Shown here piece by piece: positions 22,606 through 25,009 of a DNA stretch of 25,009 nt. Source of the DNA: Toensbergia leucococca (lineage: Eukaryota). The translations under genes and the position numbers were made by a program. The stretch is from contig JALDZS010000043.1 of the NCBI GenBank assembly GCA_022813965.1, forward strand, positions 124,001 to 149,009, given 5' to 3'. The notes beneath the pieces were generated by a model. It made no database searches and was not told the DNA's origin. It was given only the letters and a program-made list of their open reading frames with translations. The first letter of the stretch is position 1, and every line of letters begins with the position of its first letter.

Positions 22606-23014
22606 ATCGGGTTTTTGTTTTGTGAGATGTGAGACTGATTTGAGACTGGTTTGCTTCGGCGTGTCTTTTGTATTGGCTTTTTTTTTTGTGCTTTTAAACT
22701 GTGCTAAAAAGATAAGTGAGGCTTGCGTACTTGCAAAATGGAGTGTATTGGGGGACTTTTGTAAAAATTAGGGCTTTTTAGACCTGGGTCTCTTTGTGTT
22801 TTCCTAGATGCTTCAGGTTTGCTCTTCTTTTTTCTGAAGCGCAAATGATCATACTGATAACTCTGTCTACAAATGACTGACAACAGTGATGTTTGTATGC
22901 TTTCCGTTCTTTCAACATCATGCAAGAACAAAACCTCAACAAAATAGAAAAAGGGGGCCATTACTATGGCGGACTAGGTTGGGTAGATGGTAGGGACAAA
23001 ATTGAACTCGGAAA

Positions 23015-23041
23015 TGTGAGGATTGTGAGGATTGTGAGGAT
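23015..23041. repeat. (TGTGAGGAT)3 tandem repeat in the FAS1/ARP9 convergent intergenic region
   Basis: Three perfect 9-mer copies read directly. Confidence 0.8.
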
Positions 23042-23691
23042 TGAATTGTAGTTGATTATTGTAACTTGTGTAAATTATATGAGTAGCTTATTAGAGCTGT
23101 GTTTGATGCTTGATTATGTATGTCACTGTCTCTCTATGAAGAATGAGCTTGTTTATACTGATTTAGTTCTTTCTTACCTAGGTACCTTACTCACATTTCT
23201 TTTTACTATGAAAATGAAAACTTTTGATTTTTGGGGGGTTTTTTTTTTGATGTGGATAGTGTAGTGTATCAATAGTGTAGAGATAGCGTAGAGATAGATA
23301 TCTTAATGTAAGAGATTCTTATACAGATGATTTTAAATTCAATATTTTTGTTATGTGAGATAGTTGTGTTTGCTTTGTGTATTATAGGTGGTGGTTGATA
23401 TGAGGATTTGATATAGATGGGTGTGGAATCAGGGTTGGAATTGAGTAGGTCGGGGAGAAATGTAGGTGAGGCTCAGCTTGATCACTTGAATCAGAATCAT
23501 ACATCGTTGATAGAAGGATTCCGCGATTTGGTTTGATTTTCGCGATTTTTGAGGTTTCCATCGAGTTGGTTTTATTGTCTTACCATCCGCCATAACCCTT
23601 CTTTTCAAATAACCACCTAAAACAAAAACCCAACCCCCCCCCCAATCCCCCCTTCTTTCCAGGTGGCCCTACTCACAAACACAAAATTCAA

Positions 23692-25009
23692 TCAAAGACA
23701 GCTCTCATGTATCCCCTGCGGCCCCAACTCGTTCCACTCCGCCCGGCTCATGAAACCCTTACTCAGGCCCTGATCCACCACAAACACCACCTTCGCCGCC
23801 ACCTGCGCGCCCAGAAACGCCGCCTCCTCCACTCCGACGTCTTTCCATTCGGGGAAATAGTCGGGCATGCGGGCGGTTTTTATGGAGGTTGGGGTTTGGG
23901 CGTGGGTGTTGTGGTGGCTGTGGTGGGGATGGTGGGATTGATGGTGGGGATTGTGGGAGAGGTGGGATTGGCTTTGGGTTTGGTGGGAGTTGTGGGAGTG
24001 GAATTGGAGGTGGGTGTGGAGGGATTGGTGCGGGTGCGGGGTTGTGGTTTGGGAGGAAGGAGGTGCGAGGAGGGAGTTTGAGGCTGTTGTTGCGGCGTGC
24101 AGGAGGGGGTTTACAGTTGAGGTGGGGGCGCTGCCGGGGGGGTGGTGGGTTGGGTTGTTGTTATTGTGGTGGGTGGGGAGGGGGGTGTTTGCGCCTGTGG
24201 CTAGGGGGGTGGAGATGTTGGAGGGGAGTTCTGAGGTGAAGATTGTGGCGCTGGAGGGGGAGATTAGGTAGGTGCTGTTTAGAGTTGAGAGGAGGGCGTC
24301 TTGGAAGCCTGTGTTGTGGGATTTTAGTTTTTGGAGTTTTTGTTTTTTTGTTTGGGGGAGGAGGGTTTTGGGGTTTGGGTTTGAGAAAGTTGGGGGCTGG
24401 ATTAGCAATGTTACCTTTTACTTTGCTGCCGTTGCCGAGGATGATGAGCGAGTCCCACAATTCGCTGCGTTTGCTGACTTCCGGGTGGGAGAGGATGGCG
24501 CGGTGGATGGCGTCGGCGATGCGGTCGAGGATGCCGCCGCTTGCGGCTTGGAAGCGCTCGGTGCCGACTTCGATGTCTTTGCGTACGAAGGTTGTGCTTT
24601 CTCTATTGCGCCGTCGTTCTTCTTTGCGGCCTGGCGCTGCAGCTCCCGCGTCTGGAACAGCTTCTGTTCCCGGTTCGGGAGTTTTCTGCCTTTTGACAGT
24701 TACGATGTCTTGGTTTCCGTCGATGTCGGCAGTCCTTTTCCCGTTTTGGTTGACTTCGTCGAGTGATCTTCGTTCGTTGTAGTGTAGGGTAGCCTTTGCG
24801 CGCTTTGAGTTTGGTAATCTGGCTTGCTTTGGTGCGGCGGCAGCATCCGAGGCGGCCTTCTTTGCGGCTGCCTTTTCGGCCTTTTCTCTTTCTTTCTTGG
24901 CGAGGAATTCGCTGGTTTTGCCGCTCGCCACAATGCTGGCTACATCCAGGACGCCATCATTGTCATCTCCGTCTTTCATGTCGTGGTCTTGATCTTCGTC
25001 ACCAACTTC
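23692..25009 (-). CDS. ARP9: Actin-related protein, Arp9-like subunit of SWI/SNF and RSC (3' part only); exons >25009-24415 and 24308-23692
   Basis: Actin-fold C-terminal elements IEVGTERF and KRSELWDSLIILGNGSKVKG|FQDALL, plus YLISPSSATIFTSELPSN, PDYFPEWK and EEAAFLGAQVAAKVVFVVDQGLSKGFMSRAEWNELGPQGIHE, which I recognise from filamentous-fungal Arp9. A 106-nt phase-1 intron 24414-24309 (GTAACA..CAG, weak donor and branch) joins two ORF-track frames. The frame is open to the window edge. Confidence 0.8.

Noticed and set aside
22704..22961. 85-aa minus-strand ORF, and C/D-box-like words (TGATG, CTGA) in the same stretch
   Set aside because: No recognisable homology, and the boxes are not in a proper C...D arrangement with a terminal stem.
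23040..23420. AT-rich tract as a RIP-degraded transposon
   Set aside because: TpG dinucleotides remain abundant, and no terminal repeats or transposase/RT remnants are visible.
24161..24414. Lys/Pro-rich C-terminus of the 272-aa ORF and N-terminus of the 238-aa ORF as separate proteins; Arp8 as alternative identity
   Set aside because: Both are read-through of the 24414-24309 intron of one gene, and the C-terminal motifs match what I recall for Arp9 rather than Arp8.

Overview
Eukaryotic DNA from a filamentous ascomycete (Pezizomycotina-type GT-AG introns with CTRAY branch points). It is mostly a housekeeping region. Left to right: an unannotated ~3 kb low-complexity stretch containing a 58-nt poly-G run and a G-rich minisatellite; TRM1 (tRNA m2,2G26 dimethyltransferase, minus); an intron-containing tRNA-Ser(GCT) gene head-to-head with TRM1; a 4-exon GH72 beta-1,3-glucanosyltransferase with a transmembrane helix and cytoplasmic tail instead of a GPI signal (minus); the divergent fatty acid synthase pair FAS2/alpha (minus) and FAS1/beta (plus) sharing a 1.2 kb intergenic region; and the 3' part of an Arp9-like actin-related protein (minus, truncated by the window). 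No mobile element, CRISPR array or secondary-metabolite cluster is supported. The best leads are post-transcriptional or architectural and all are hypotheses: (1) an intron-split uORF in the FAS1 leader whose outcome depends on two acceptors 7 nt apart, (2) an in-frame, stop-free intron just before the FAS2 ACP phosphopantetheine serine, (3) a receptor-like GH72, (4) a likely non-AUG mitochondrial presequence on TRM1 next to a predicted substrate tRNA, and (5) repeated orientation-independent C/A-to-G/T strand-skew switch points.
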